From a virus: 37,444 nt of DNA. Shown in pieces: positions 23,857 through 33,405 of the stretch. Made by a program: the position numbers and the translations under genes. The stretch covers positions 1 to 37,444 of the IMG/VR virus record IMGVR_UViG_3300045988_122803. One strand, 5' to 3'. Every line of letters begins with the position of its first letter. Position 1 is the first letter of the stretch. The notes beneath the pieces were generated by a model. The model was not told the origin of the DNA and ran no database searches. It saw only the letters and a list, made by a program, of their open reading frames with translations.

Positions 23857-24393
23857 ATGCAGATAGTTAATTTTTTCTACGAACTGGCCCGGCAAAATAA
23901 AAGGTTAAAGGGATTTATTTACGGCAAGGGCTACGAAAAAGGGGCGGCGAACGAAGCCCACCCACTCTTATGGTTGGATGACCCGGTTTACGGGCAATCG
24001 GTTAACCAGGCGGTACAATACACTGTTAACGCGGATATCCTGGGTATTCCGAAAAACAACGAAAGCGTATTAGAGGTGCAGACAGCTGCTTTTAATGTAG
24101 GTCTGTCAATCGCCGAAAGGATAAAGCAAACCCGCGCCCACACCGGGTATAGCCTAAACGGTTTTAGTTTCGTGTCGTTACGCGACTACTACGATAATAA
24201 CGCGGCCGGTATTCGTTTTACATACACGATACTACAGGCTAACCCTGCCGACCGTTGCGCCGATGATTTTGACCCGGCTAAGGAGTTCCCGGAAGCCGGC
24301 GCGTTGCCCGATTTTAAAGTAGATAACCCGGACGGATGCGCGATTTTTAGCGATAAAAGCGGACTTCCGGACTTTAAAATAACAATCCAATGA
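23857..24393 (+). CDS. Hypothetical virion-module protein (178 aa)
   Basis: Co-oriented, tightly packed ORF in the morphogenesis operon. Confidence 0.55.
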   Translation: MQIVNFFYELARQNKRLKGFIYGKGYEKGAANEAHPLLWLDDPVYGQSVNQAVQYTVNADILGIPKNNESVLEVQTAAFNVGLSIAERIKQTRAHTGYSLNGFSFVSLRDYYDNNAAGIRFTYTILQANPADRCADDFDPAKEFPEAGALPDFKVDNPDGCAIFSDKSGLPDFKITIQ

Positions 24394-24869
24394 GTAAGGA
24401 AGGTATACAACTAGCTATAAAGAACATCGCGGATGGCCTGTTGTCGCTGGCCTCTGCCGTACTGGGGGATGACCGCGTAGGCGTTAATGAAAAAACGGGC
24501 AGGAACACCCTTCGCGATAGTGCGCTAAACGGGGATTTAGAGGCGATCGTAAGCACGGTTTCGGGCGGAGACCCCGTAATAAAGGCCCTGTTTAACCATT
24601 ACGTTGTATACCTGGAGTGGACGCGTCCCCCGAAATATAAAAGAAAACCGCCTATTGGCGTTTTAAAAAGCTGGGCGGCAAAGAACGGGATTCCGACCGA
24701 CGCCGACACTCTGTACCGGATATCTTATGCGATCTGGCGGGACGGACACAAGGGCCGTCCGATTTTCGCGACGATAGACCGGGAGGCGGACAGGCTGTTT
24801 GACGGGGAGTGGGCCGACAAACTGTATAATGCGATAGTAGAGGATTTAGATGAAATTTTTAATGATTAA
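24390..24869 (+). CDS. Hypothetical virion-module protein (159 aa)
   Basis: ATGA overlap with the upstream ORF; no motif recognised. Confidence 0.55.
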   Translation: MSKEGIQLAIKNIADGLLSLASAVLGDDRVGVNEKTGRNTLRDSALNGDLEAIVSTVSGGDPVIKALFNHYVVYLEWTRPPKYKRKPPIGVLKSWAAKNGIPTDADTLYRISYAIWRDGHKGRPIFATIDREADRLFDGEWADKLYNAIVEDLDEIFND

Positions 24870-24874
24870 CAGAA

Positions 24875-26488
24875 ATGGGATATGTAAGTAAAGACATTGC
24901 GTTAATTACCGAGCCGGAAATTGTAACGCTCTCGGCGGTGCCTAATTTCGTCGTGTTTAAGAGTAAACCAGGTGTTAAAAAGTACCTAGAGGTTAATATA
25001 CAGGTTAACGTTACCCCCACAACCGGAAATGATATTCCGGCGCTTACCCTTTTACAGATTACGGATTCGGCGGGATCGGAGCATGTTTTTAAAGGCACAT
25101 CGGATAAAGACGAGGCCGGCGGGTCTTCGTTTTATGTGTCTTCCGATACTTCGGATACGGCGGAAAATTTAAGGCAGGCCTTATTGTCGGACAAATGGTT
25201 CGGTACTAATTTCGAGATAGCTATACCTTTTGTACAATCCGGCAATAGCGTTAAGAACGGAAGGACGCTTAATATAAAGAGCAAGGGAGCCGGGCGGGAT
25301 TTTAACATATCCGTTTCCGCGCCGAACAACACCGGCAACGCGGCGTACACTATAGCCTGGGTAAATAACGTTTCGCAGAATAACGATAGTATAAGCGGGG
25401 AAGAGTCTACGGTAGAAATAGATTTAGACGTATATGCAGACCCTGACGTTTTTTTGGGTCAGGACGATAAGCCGGTAAATCCGGATAAGATCGGACGGTA
25501 TATAACCGATTTACAGAAGACGTATGCCGGCGCCCCCTTATGGTTCGAATTAAATGCGATGTTCTCCCGGTATGGGGGGTATAACAGGCCGCCGGACGTC
25601 CCGGGGTGGTTCGATACGGGGACTATTAAGGCTTATCGTTTTGTTGCAAAAGTAAAGGGGGTTAATTCCTATCCTTTCTATATCTCTAATGCATTGTTTG
25701 TTTTGCACGGGTACGGCCCCGCTTCGGAGGCTATAGATTTAAATGAATACATTTACGACGATGAAAACCGGATTAGGTTACTTTCGAATAAGCCCCGAAC
25801 AACTTATGTAAGAGGACAAAAAGAGTATATAAATTTTATTTTAAAAGACCCGCACCACGGTGATTCCGTGCCGGAGGATTTTTTGTTGCAAGTCGCTTAC
25901 CAGGTCTACAGCCCCGGAAATAAATACCTGGGAACTGTGTTCGGGCAACGGGCTAACCGGTCTTTTTTTTCTATCGTTAATACCTGCGTTTTAGATATAG
26001 ACGCAGTTCTAGATCAGTACCCCACGGCCGGATTTATACGTGTTCTTTTGGCACGGGATGAGGTAACGGTATCGGGGAGCGTCGAATACCAGATACGCCC
26101 GGGGTGTCTGCATACCCTCCGGCAGTTTTCGTTTTTAAACCGGCTGGGCGGCTGGGACGCTTTTAATTTCGACGCAGGCGTGAAGGAGGATATAAAAAAC
26201 GGCGTAGAGACATATAATAAAACCCTTACGCCTTCGTACCAAAAAGGCGATAGCGTTGAAACGGTCTACGCTACTACTTTAAACAGGACATTTACTATCG
26301 AGGGGGCGCCCGTTACGGACGAGGTTGCGGACTGGTTAAAAGAACTAGCCGCAGCGCGGGTTATCCTGGACGGGGACGGTAATTACGTAATTATAGAAGA
26401 TTTTACCCTGTCTAAGACCGGTGCCGCTTTTAATATGCAGCGCCCTACAATTAAGTACAGATTAAGCGAAAAATACGTAAATGACTAA
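24875..26488 (+). CDS. Large structural protein (537 aa), function unknown
   Basis: Long ORF in the morphogenesis operon; overlaps the next ORF by 8 nt. Confidence 0.6.
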   Translation: MGYVSKDIALITEPEIVTLSAVPNFVVFKSKPGVKKYLEVNIQVNVTPTTGNDIPALTLLQITDSAGSEHVFKGTSDKDEAGGSSFYVSSDTSDTAENLRQALLSDKWFGTNFEIAIPFVQSGNSVKNGRTLNIKSKGAGRDFNISVSAPNNTGNAAYTIAWVNNVSQNNDSISGEESTVEIDLDVYADPDVFLGQDDKPVNPDKIGRYITDLQKTYAGAPLWFELNAMFSRYGGYNRPPDVPGWFDTGTIKAYRFVAKVKGVNSYPFYISNALFVLHGYGPASEAIDLNEYIYDDENRIRLLSNKPRTTYVRGQKEYINFILKDPHHGDSVPEDFLLQVAYQVYSPGNKYLGTVFGQRANRSFFSIVNTCVLDIDAVLDQYPTAGFIRVLLARDEVTVSGSVEYQIRPGCLHTLRQFSFLNRLGGWDAFNFDAGVKEDIKNGVETYNKTLTPSYQKGDSVETVYATTLNRTFTIEGAPVTDEVADWLKELAAARVILDGDGNYVIIEDFTLSKTGAAFNMQRPTIKYRLSEKYVND

Positions 26489-29156
26489 CATAGAGTTATA
26501 TATAAACCGGAAATTATGCGATACAGACGACGCCTTTGGTGTGCGTCTTAACCGGCAGTTACTAAGCCCCGGCGAACTTAATACGAAAGATGCACAATAC
26601 AGTTATAGTATTACACTGCCGCCCACATCTAACAATCTTAATGTCTTTAATCTTGCCGGAATCGAAGAGACAAAAGATAAGTTTAACCGCGAATATAGTG
26701 CCGAACTTATTATAAACGGCGTTCGGGTGTTTTCCGGAAATTTCCGGCTTTCCGAGGTTTCCGATACACAGTATAAAGGGAACTTATACGTACCTGCACA
26801 AAAAAGCGTTAAAGACGTATTCGGGGGGATAAAGCTAAGCGAAATTCCGGAGTACTATATAAAATTCGGGGATTTCGCAGAATACATAAGCCAATACAAC
26901 ACCCTTGCCCGGTCTGGTCCGCAGGCCGCTATTTTTCCGTATGTGCTGTACGGATTACTCCCTAAAGTGCCGATTTCGGAAGATAATTACTCGGACCGAA
27001 ACGTATGGGACGACAGCGTATTAACCGGTATTACGGATTTTTCGCCTTCTATTAACGTTCTTCTTTTGTTAGAGCATATATTTAAAAGCAAAGGATACGA
27101 TCTGTACGGCTCCGCTTTTTCCGATAAGAGGCTAAGCGGAATATACATGAGCTACAGGAATGCGGCCGACTACGAGCAGCCGTGGAACTACGGCGAACTG
27201 GCTAAAATACATATCTCGGGTTCCTGGTCGAACCGGTACAACAGGAACGAGGCAGGAGATACGCAGCAACTTGAAAGGGGGGTGTACGAAACCTACGGCG
27301 ATGATGAAGAGCTATACGCCTGCAATTTATTCGATTGTACGAACGCGAAAATAAATATTATCAGTGACCCCGGGAAAAATGTATCGAACGTACGCCGGTC
27401 TTTATCCGGCCGGGACTGGTATTTAAGCCAAATCCGGATACCGGCGTCCGGATACTATAAAATCCGGTTAAACGCTAATGTGCAGTTAGAAAATGTACAA
27501 TGGACTGGCTACGACGACACGACTAAGGTACGTTTTATCGGCGCGTACGGCCCTACACGCGGTCTGACAGGCATAAAAACGGCAATTAAATTATTGCGGG
27601 ATTGGGGTACAGGGGATTTTAATATAGGGGGTTCTGAAATGGACGGTACTCTATACCGGGATAACCTGCCGCAAGACAGCAACACATTACCGCGTTATTA
27701 CCCTTACTACGATAGCGAGTCCGGGATGATTAACTTTGTAGATAAGGCACAAAATAAAAACTATTTGTGTGGTTTTCAATGGGGTAAGAAAACGAATAAA
27801 GACGTTAACCCGTTGGATTCTTCCACCGGCTTAGCACAAATAAATGTCGGGAAACCCGCCTTTTCCTGGGATAGTTCCCTTTCGAGAACGGAGATAAGCC
27901 GGATAGCGATAAATAACCCTAACGGGTATATGAAATACGGAGTACCGGACGAAGGGGGTACAGAGCAACCTGTTTGGACGTCTACTACAAAATTTATAAG
28001 CGACCTGAAAAACTCCCCGCGGAATTATGCGAGGCGCGGATTTTTCGAAGGTTCCGCGGCAAATAAGGATTACAGCGCGGACGGGGTTTTAAACTGCGTG
28101 GCATGGCTAAACGCGGGAGAGCTTTTAACTCTTGCGGACGTATCGAACAAGGGGGTTATAATCGATCTAAGGGGTGTCCGGGGGTGGGTATCTAAAAAAG
28201 TTACTTTCGATCTGGAAATTACCCCTTTCCGGAAAAATGAAGACTGGTTAAAAATAGACGAGACGGGAACGGGCCGGGCGGCGATGGACTGGAGTGACCC
28301 TGTTAACTTCGATATAAACCGCATTAACTTAACAGGCTTTCTCCCGGCAGATGTTAAAACGGACGATTTTATAGAAAATTTTTGTAAGGCGTTTAACTTA
28401 CGTCTCTCCCAGGTCGACGACAAAGCCTTTAGCCTGGATGTAAAACAGACAAAAGCTACGAGTAACTTATATATTAACCTGGATAACCTAACGTCTACGC
28501 ACGACCGGTCTAATTTGCCGCTCGGCTTACCATCCCGCTATAAGCTAGGATTTACTGTAGATACGGAAGAAGAAGGATACATAGCCAGCGGGGAGGACGA
28601 CGGGGGCGGTGAGTTTAAGACGGGTGTTGCCGAGGAAAAAACCGTCGAGCAAAAAAGTAATTTTTCTTACAACTGGTTTAAGGATATAATTAAACGGCAG
28701 CAAAACAAAGATATTATAATCCCCCTTCCGGTTATTTCGAAGCACGAAGTGTGGACTAACGAACTATCTTACCCCGAGGCGATGTTAAAGAGGTATACGG
28801 ACCTGCCGGTACGTTTTTGGTATTACGATGGTCTGTTAAACGACCTGGGCGCGGAGTTTACGTTTAACGGCCGCAAATTATCGGTAGCAAAAGTTTCTAA
28901 CGAACTGGCCGGGATGAGCATACTTAACTACAAAAACAAGAGGCTTACGATATTAGATAACTTTTTTACAATACTCATTAACGGCAGTTCGCACTATACC
29001 GAGGTTGAGGGCTATCTAACAGCGGAGCAATACGAGGCTTTTAACGGCGTCATTATGGCAATGTTTAACGGGGACATTTACTACGTAGCCGAGTTGTCCG
29101 GATACGACCCTACCGGCCGGAATAAAACAAAAATTAAACTAATACGGAAAATATGA
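26481..29156 (+). CDS. Large structural protein (891 aa), tail/baseplate-like by size and position
   Basis: Long beta-rich ORF immediately upstream of the tape-measure-like gene. Role inferred from size and context only. Confidence 0.55.
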   Translation: MTNIELYINRKLCDTDDAFGVRLNRQLLSPGELNTKDAQYSYSITLPPTSNNLNVFNLAGIEETKDKFNREYSAELIINGVRVFSGNFRLSEVSDTQYKGNLYVPAQKSVKDVFGGIKLSEIPEYYIKFGDFAEYISQYNTLARSGPQAAIFPYVLYGLLPKVPISEDNYSDRNVWDDSVLTGITDFSPSINVLLLLEHIFKSKGYDLYGSAFSDKRLSGIYMSYRNAADYEQPWNYGELAKIHISGSWSNRYNRNEAGDTQQLERGVYETYGDDEELYACNLFDCTNAKINIISDPGKNVSNVRRSLSGRDWYLSQIRIPASGYYKIRLNANVQLENVQWTGYDDTTKVRFIGAYGPTRGLTGIKTAIKLLRDWGTGDFNIGGSEMDGTLYRDNLPQDSNTLPRYYPYYDSESGMINFVDKAQNKNYLCGFQWGKKTNKDVNPLDSSTGLAQINVGKPAFSWDSSLSRTEISRIAINNPNGYMKYGVPDEGGTEQPVWTSTTKFISDLKNSPRNYARRGFFEGSAANKDYSADGVLNCVAWLNAGELLTLADVSNKGVIIDLRGVRGWVSKKVTFDLEITPFRKNEDWLKIDETGTGRAAMDWSDPVNFDINRINLTGFLPADVKTDDFIENFCKAFNLRLSQVDDKAFSLDVKQTKATSNLYINLDNLTSTHDRSNLPLGLPSRYKLGFTVDTEEEGYIASGEDDGGGEFKTGVAEEKTVEQKSNFSYNWFKDIIKRQQNKDIIIPLPVISKHEVWTNELSYPEAMLKRYTDLPVRFWYYDGLLNDLGAEFTFNGRKLSVAKVSNELAGMSILNYKNKRLTILDNFFTILINGSSHYTEVEGYLTAEQYEAFNGVIMAMFNGDIYYVAELSGYDPTGRNKTKIKLIRKI

Positions 29157-32100
29157 CAACCGGGAAGAAAGAATACACCATCGTGGTAAACGGTGTAGAA
29201 CAGAGCATAAAAGAGGTTACAAAGTTACGGGACGTAGTAGCGTCTCTGGGCAATACTTTCGATAAGGCAAATCTTTCCGTTGCCGCTTCTACGCGTACAG
29301 CGCATGAACACTCGAAAACTTTGTCCGACGAGGGAAAAGCGGAACAGAAGCTAATTGACACGATAGATAAGGTCGTACGGGCACGTAGCGACGCGAATAA
29401 AGCCCAAATCGAAGCTAACATAGCCGCCCGGGAAGCCCAGCGCGAAATAACGCGCGAAATACAAATCCGGCAACAAGCCGAGGGGAGTATTAAACAAATG
29501 GGTATGCAGTTGTCCGATCTCCGGAACCGGTACGAAAACCTTAGCGGGGCTGAACGGAACGACATTGCGGTAGGAGGGGAATTACTAGCGCAAATACAGG
29601 CTTTAGACGCAGAATACAAAGCCTTGCGGGAAAGTACAGGTAATTTCCGGGATAGCGTAGGTAATTACGAAAAAGCATTAAGCGGGTTAGGAAAGCTAAG
29701 TGATGGCGTAGAGGGGGTTACAAAATCCAGCATGGGACTGGCACAGTCGCTTTTAGGGGTTAATGCCCTTATGAATCTGTTTGGTAATTCGGCTAACGAA
29801 AATGCCGAAAGCGTGCAGAAACTGCAAAAGGTAATAGCCCTTTTATCAATTGCGCAACAGGTAAACGAAAATATACTGCGTTCCGGCATCGTGCAAAATA
29901 AATTGGCGATCGTTACAGATACAATACGTACCGCACAGCTAAAAGCCAAAACCGCGGCCGAAGCAGCGAGTACAAAAGGTACGATTTCCGCAGCAGCCGC
30001 GCAAAAGGTACTTAACGCTGTCGCTTCTGCAAACCCTTACGTAATACTTGCTTTAGCCTTGCTAGGAGTAGGGAGCGCATTAGCCGCGTTCGCTTCCGGT
30101 AGTTCGAAAGCTAAGGTAGAACAGGCGAAATTAAATTTCGAAATTTCTACTACAAACCGGCTGTTAAAGCAGTTAAACCGGGATACGGAACTAGCCGCGT
30201 CTTTAGCCGAGGCGGAGGGTAAGGCAGAAGAGGAAGTTTTAAATATATATCGTAAAGCGGCAAAGGAGCGGACAAAACTAGCAGAGAAGGCATACGACGA
30301 TATTACCGCGAACACGAATGCTACGAAAGAGCAGATAGAAGAGGTTACCAGGCTAAAACAGGAGGCATACGACAACGAACAGGCGCTAAACGACCGGGCG
30401 TCTGTATTAGAGACGAAACGTAGAAAAGAGGCGGCGGATAAGGCTAAAACGCTTGCTAAAGAAAGGGTTAAAGTCGAAATAGAAGCGGTACGCGCCGCGG
30501 AAGACGCTAAAATAAAACTTATCCAGGACGCAAACGAACGGGCGATAAAACAGACGGAAACGACATATAACCGGCAGATAGAGGCGCTACGTAAACGCCT
30601 GTCTACGGAAACTAATTTAACGTTAGAGGCCCGGCAGGCACTTAACGAGCAGATAGTAAGCTTAGAGGCCTTAAAAAACCTGGAATTGCAAAAATTGCAG
30701 GAAGAGCAGGCGGAAAAAACTTTGGAATTGGAACGGCAAGTAGAGGACAGCCGTACCGCCCTTATTGCAGGGGAGAATGACCGGCGAAAGGCCGAGATAA
30801 TGCTACAGTACGATAGGCAGATAGAAGACTACAAAAAACGCCTGGACAAAGAAAAAAGCCTTACCGAAGAGCAGCAACAAGCGATTAAAACACTTATCGA
30901 AAACGCACAGCAAGCACGGGACCGGGAATTGTTAAAACTCGCGGCTGACGAGTTAAAAACACGGGCTGATCTGGAGCTAGCAGCAATAGAGGATATGTTG
31001 TTAAGCGCGGAACGCAAAATCGGCGAAATGACCGTCCGGGATAAAGCATCCGGTTTAATCGATGCGGACGCTACCCGGAAAAATCTCGAGGACACGAATA
31101 AGGCTTTAGACGAATATATAAAGCGCCTTACCGAATATCAGGCCAATTTGACCGCGACGCACAAGGCGGCCTTATCTACTTTGGAAGAGGGTTCTACCGA
31201 GTACGAGGATGAGTTACAAAACTATTCCCGGGCTATGGGGGACACTACAGAACGTATTAAAGCGGCCCAAAAAGAACAGGAAGTAAATACTAAGCAGTCG
31301 GCAAGGGCGCAACTCGATGCTCTCGCAGAATTATTTACAAAAATTAGCGAATATGCTAACGAGACGGTAAAAGGGGTTTCCGCGGTTATGGAAACCTGGA
31401 GCATGGGGCTACAGGTGCAATTGGACGACCTTAACGAACAACTCGACGCAATAAACGAACGATACGAAGAAGCGCAAAAACAACGCGAAGACGCGGTTAA
31501 AAATGTCGAGGACATAGAAGCACAGCTACAGGAAGCAACAGGAGGTACGGCCGAAGCATTAAAAATGCAGTTACAGGATGCTATACACGCCCGGGAAGAT
31601 GCCGCCCGGGAAGAAAAAAGGTTAGCGAAAGAAAAGGAAAAGCTAGAGGCAGATATTGCGAAAAAGGAAAAGCAACAAAAGAGGGCGGAACTTATAACAA
31701 GCATAGCGATGGCAACGGCAGACGTAGCCGCGGCAGTTGCAAAGGCATTAACCGCCGGGCCTGTAATCGGGCAAATAATGGCCGGTATTGTAGCGGCGGC
31801 AGGTGCAATACAGATCGGCATTATGACAAAACAGCTTACAAAACTTGCCAAGGGTGGTGAAATCAAGGGGCCGAGCCACGCCAACGGCGGCGTACCTATC
31901 CTGGTTAACGGCGAATATACACACGAGGCGCAAGGGGGCGAATTTATGGTAAACGATAAGAGTTACAGTGCTAACAAGGCACTTGTAAATTTTATAAACG
32001 ATACTCCGCGGGCGTTAACGGTTGCCGATCTGTTTAACATTGTCCCGGGCGACAGCGATACGCCGGTTATCGTGTCCGATGTAGACCGGTCGGAAGGGGA

Positions 32101-32212
32101 TAGGATTGTAGAGGCTATCGCCGGTATAAGCATAAAACCGGTTGTGGCCGTTACCGATATAATGGACGCGACGGACGAAGTTGTAACCGTACGCGATCTG
32201 GCAGGGTTTTAA
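29153..32212 (+). CDS. Tape-measure-like coiled-coil protein (1019 aa)
   Basis: About 800 aa of Ala/Glu/Lys/Gln-rich coiled coil. Hydrophobic Gly/Ala-rich segment ITSIAMATADVAAAVAKALTAGPVIGQIMAGIVAAAGAIQIGIM. C-terminal globular part with KGGEIKGPSHANGGVPI..EAQGGEF. Confidence 0.55.
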   Translation: MTTGKKEYTIVVNGVEQSIKEVTKLRDVVASLGNTFDKANLSVAASTRTAHEHSKTLSDEGKAEQKLIDTIDKVVRARSDANKAQIEANIAAREAQREITREIQIRQQAEGSIKQMGMQLSDLRNRYENLSGAERNDIAVGGELLAQIQALDAEYKALRESTGNFRDSVGNYEKALSGLGKLSDGVEGVTKSSMGLAQSLLGVNALMNLFGNSANENAESVQKLQKVIALLSIAQQVNENILRSGIVQNKLAIVTDTIRTAQLKAKTAAEAASTKGTISAAAAQKVLNAVASANPYVILALALLGVGSALAAFASGSSKAKVEQAKLNFEISTTNRLLKQLNRDTELAASLAEAEGKAEEEVLNIYRKAAKERTKLAEKAYDDITANTNATKEQIEEVTRLKQEAYDNEQALNDRASVLETKRRKEAADKAKTLAKERVKVEIEAVRAAEDAKIKLIQDANERAIKQTETTYNRQIEALRKRLSTETNLTLEARQALNEQIVSLEALKNLELQKLQEEQAEKTLELERQVEDSRTALIAGENDRRKAEIMLQYDRQIEDYKKRLDKEKSLTEEQQQAIKTLIENAQQARDRELLKLAADELKTRADLELAAIEDMLLSAERKIGEMTVRDKASGLIDADATRKNLEDTNKALDEYIKRLTEYQANLTATHKAALSTLEEGSTEYEDELQNYSRAMGDTTERIKAAQKEQEVNTKQSARAQLDALAELFTKISEYANETVKGVSAVMETWSMGLQVQLDDLNEQLDAINERYEEAQKQREDAVKNVEDIEAQLQEATGGTAEALKMQLQDAIHAREDAAREEKRLAKEKEKLEADIAKKEKQQKRAELITSIAMATADVAAAVAKALTAGPVIGQIMAGIVAAAGAIQIGIMTKQLTKLAKGGEIKGPSHANGGVPILVNGEYTHEAQGGEFMVNDKSYSANKALVNFINDTPRALTVADLFNIVPGDSDTPVIVSDVDRSEGDRIVEAIAGISIKPVVAVTDIMDATDEVVTVRDLAGF

Positions 32213-32226
32213 GACGATTTAGGTTA

Positions 32227-32240
32227 AAATTGTCTTTATA
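32227..32240 (+). promoter_or_regulatory. Late-operon motif copy 4 (AAATTGTCTTTATA)
   Basis: Identical 14-mer to copy 1. Ends 2 nt before ATG 32243. Confidence 0.5.
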
Positions 32241-32242
32241 GC

Positions 32243-33385
32243 ATGGAAAAGAGAATACCAGTTTACGAGTGCAAAATACTAGGCACGGACAATACGGGGA
32301 TATTTGCTATATCCTTTGTAGATGCGCCGGCGAACGAGTGCGATTTTGTTGCCCTTAGCAGGCATCGCCCGGTAAAACTTGCTTTAGACCGGCAAAAACA
32401 GATATTAACCGGAGTCGTTTTAATACCCGACCAGCTTATATACCGGTACGACGAGTCTTTAGGCGAATACTACCTTAAATTTACCGCCGAGGACATCGAA
32501 AAAATTGCACAAAAGATGATGAAAACGGGTTTAGCACTAAACACGACTACGCATCAGCACGAGAAGCCGTTAAAAAACAATTATTTAACGGAAATCTGGA
32601 TTGTATCGGATTCTAAGCGGGACAAAGCGGCGGCCCTAGGGCTGGGTGAGCTTCCGGTAGGTACGTTAATGGCTTCTTATAAGATAGAAGACGCCGGTTA
32701 CTGGCGTACAGAGGTACTAACCGGCAATGTAAAAGGATTCTCCTTAGAAGGTATATTTAATTTTAAAAGCGTAAGTATGAAAAAGAATGTAAAAACAGCG
32801 GCTAAACAGGCCGCAAAAAAGACAAAATTAACGGCTTTCGGGCTCGCCTTACAAAAAATGGGCTTGCCCGTCGTACTGGAAGGCGAAACGGAGGCTGAGG
32901 CCGAGTCTTTAGTAGACGAAGCGGCTAAAGACGAGATGGACGCGGGCGAACCTTTCTTAATTTTCGAACTGGCAGACGGAAATGAAGTTTGGGTAGATGC
33001 GGACGGGTTCGCAACCCTGGACGGCGAGCAAATGGCAGCCGGCGAGCATGCATTAGCTGATGGCAATTTTATCGTTATCGACGATACGGGTATGTTGGTA
33101 ATTACGCAACCCGAGGCCGACAGTACAGACTCCGAAGCAGCAGCGGCCGAACTTGCGAAAAAAACCAAATTGGCGAAGGCCCGGGCCAAACAGTTTTTAG
33201 CTAAGACCGGAACAAAAGAAGCCCAGATTGCCCGGCTTAAAGCCCAGATCGCCGAACTGGAAAAACAGCCGAGCGCGGATAAGGCGGAGGCGAAGGTAGA
33301 CAAGGGGAAAAAGCCGGAAGAGATGACATACACCGAAAAAATGGCGGCTGTTATCCGCAGCCGAAACGAGAGAAAGAAAAAGTAA
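32243..33385 (+). CDS. XkdF-type prohead protease fused to a scaffold-like coiled coil
   Basis: N-terminal ..IFAISFVDAPANECDFVAL..KQILTGVVLIPDQLIYRYD..YLKFTAEDIEKIAQKMMKTG..TTHQHE (XkdF/Peptidase_S78_2 pattern). Acidic and Ala/Lys-rich C-terminal half. Immediately upstream of the capsid gene. Confidence 0.7.
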   Translation: MEKRIPVYECKILGTDNTGIFAISFVDAPANECDFVALSRHRPVKLALDRQKQILTGVVLIPDQLIYRYDESLGEYYLKFTAEDIEKIAQKMMKTGLALNTTTHQHEKPLKNNYLTEIWIVSDSKRDKAAALGLGELPVGTLMASYKIEDAGYWRTEVLTGNVKGFSLEGIFNFKSVSMKKNVKTAAKQAAKKTKLTAFGLALQKMGLPVVLEGETEAEAESLVDEAAKDEMDAGEPFLIFELADGNEVWVDADGFATLDGEQMAAGEHALADGNFIVIDDTGMLVITQPEADSTDSEAAAAELAKKTKLAKARAKQFLAKTGTKEAQIARLKAQIAELEKQPSADKAEAKVDKGKKPEEMTYTEKMAAVIRSRNERKKK

Positions 33386-33405
33386 TAACCAAAAAAATAA
33401 TTGAA

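Noticed and set aside
29134-31933. Several long minus-strand ORFs (161, 94, 112, 88, 220, 61 aa) inside the tape-measure-like gene
   Set aside because: These are Ser/Ala/Cys-rich low-complexity shadows of the GAA/GCN/AAR-rich coiled-coil coding strand. They have no independent start context.
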